A stretch of DNA of 64,000 nt from Stegostoma tigrinum (taxonomy: Eukaryota), in assembly GCF_030684315.1 (NCBI RefSeq), contig NC_081361.1, forward strand, positions 62,603,553 to 62,667,552, given 5' to 3'. A program made the position numbers and the translations under genes. Positions 62,805 to 64,000 of this stretch are shown piece after piece (position 1 is the stretch's first letter; each line of letters opens with the position of its first letter). Below the pieces are notes generated by a model, which was not told the origin of the DNA, searched no databases, and was given only the letters and a program-made list of their open reading frames with translations.

Positions 62805-64000
62805 TAGAACATAGAACAGCACAGTACAGTACAGGCCCTTCGGACAACCATGTTGTGCCAACCTATTATCCTATGAAGATCAAACTACCCTGCATACCCT
62901 ACATTATCCAAGAGTCGCTTAAAAGTCTCTGAAATATCTGACTCCACTACCACTGCCAGCAACATATTCCATATGCCCACCACTATCTGTATAAATACTC
63001 TACCTCCGACATCTCCCCCATACCTTCCTCCAATTACCTTAAAATTATGCCCCCAGGTAATAGTCAATCCCAACCTGGGAAAAAGTCTCTGGCTATCAAC
63101 TCTATCTATGCCTGTCATCATCTTGTACACCTCTATCAAGTCACCCCTCATACTTCTTCACTCCAATGGGAAATGCCCTAGTTTCCTCATGAGGCCTGTC
63201 CTCCAGTCCAGGCAGCATCCTGGTAAATCTCCTCTGCACCCTGTCTAAAGCTTCCACATCCTTCCTATAATGAAGCAATCAGAACTGAACACAATATGCC
63301 AAGTGTGGTCTAACCAGAGTTTTAAGGAGCTGCAGCATAACCTTGTGGCTCTTAAACTCAATTCCCCTGCCAATGAAAGCCAACACACCATATGCCTTCT
63401 TAACAACCCTATAAACCTGGGTAGCAGCTTTGAGGGAACGATGGACATGGAGCTCAAGATCCCTCTGTTCCTCCACACTGCCATTAACCAAGAATTTTGC
63501 ATTCAAATTCGACCCTCCAAAATGTATCACTTCACAATTTTCTGGGTTGAATTCCATCTGCCACATCTTTGCCCAGCTCTGCATCCTGTCAATGTCCCAT
63601 TGCAACTTACAACAGCCCTCCAAGCTGTCCACAACTCCACCTTCATGGCATCAGCAAACTTACTAACCTACTCTTTCACTACCTCATCCAAGTCATTTAT
63701 AAAGATCAAAAAGAACAGATCCCTGCAGAACACCACTGGTCACCGAACTCCAGGCTGAATACTTTCCATCCATTACCATCCTCTGCTCTGTTGGACAGCC
63801 AGTTTTGTATCCAGACAGCCAAATTTCCCTGAATCCCATGCCTCCTTACTTTCTGAATGAGCCTACCATGGGGAACCTTATCAAATACCTTGCTAAAATC
63901 CATACAAACCACATCCACTGCTCTACCTTCATCAACGTGTTTTGTCACATCCTCAAAGTATTCAGTGAGGCTTGTGAGGCATGACCTGCCCCTCACAAAA
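62805..64000 (-). mobile_element. CR1 RT / 3' end, running off the window
   Basis: DFSKVFDKVPHGRL; WQMEFNPENC; RGDLIEVYK. Confidence 0.92.

Overview
Vertebrate genomic DNA, most likely from a cartilaginous fish (shark): the HE1-like V-SINEs with CR1 tails, dense CR1 LINEs and Penelope-like elements (PLEs) point that way. Two host genes lie head-to-head. FAF1 is on the minus strand (coding exon 1 at 20635-20594, exon 2 at 14588-14520; later exons not found in the window). A complete two-coding-exon CDKN2C/p18-INK4c is on the plus strand (54801-54938 + 57113-57460, 161 aa). The rest is mostly decayed retroelements: CR1, SINEs, RTE, L2-like, and an RLE-type fragment. There is also a 36-bp minisatellite beside the FAF1 promoter, a U2 snRNA 5' fragment, and a TE-poor, CpG-retaining domain around CDKN2C. 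The most notable structure is a set of PLE-derived fold-back insertions from about five families. They carry minimal hammerhead-ribozyme cores (CTGANGA...GAAA), and the clearest copies have 14-16 bp target-site duplications. Sizes run from a 2.2-kb inverted element, through ~200-bp hairpins that turn at the ribozyme, to a ~45-bp collapsed remnant. One copy appears to have transduced its flanking DNA. Everything was read by eye; no alignment or database search was run, and TE boundaries are approximate.
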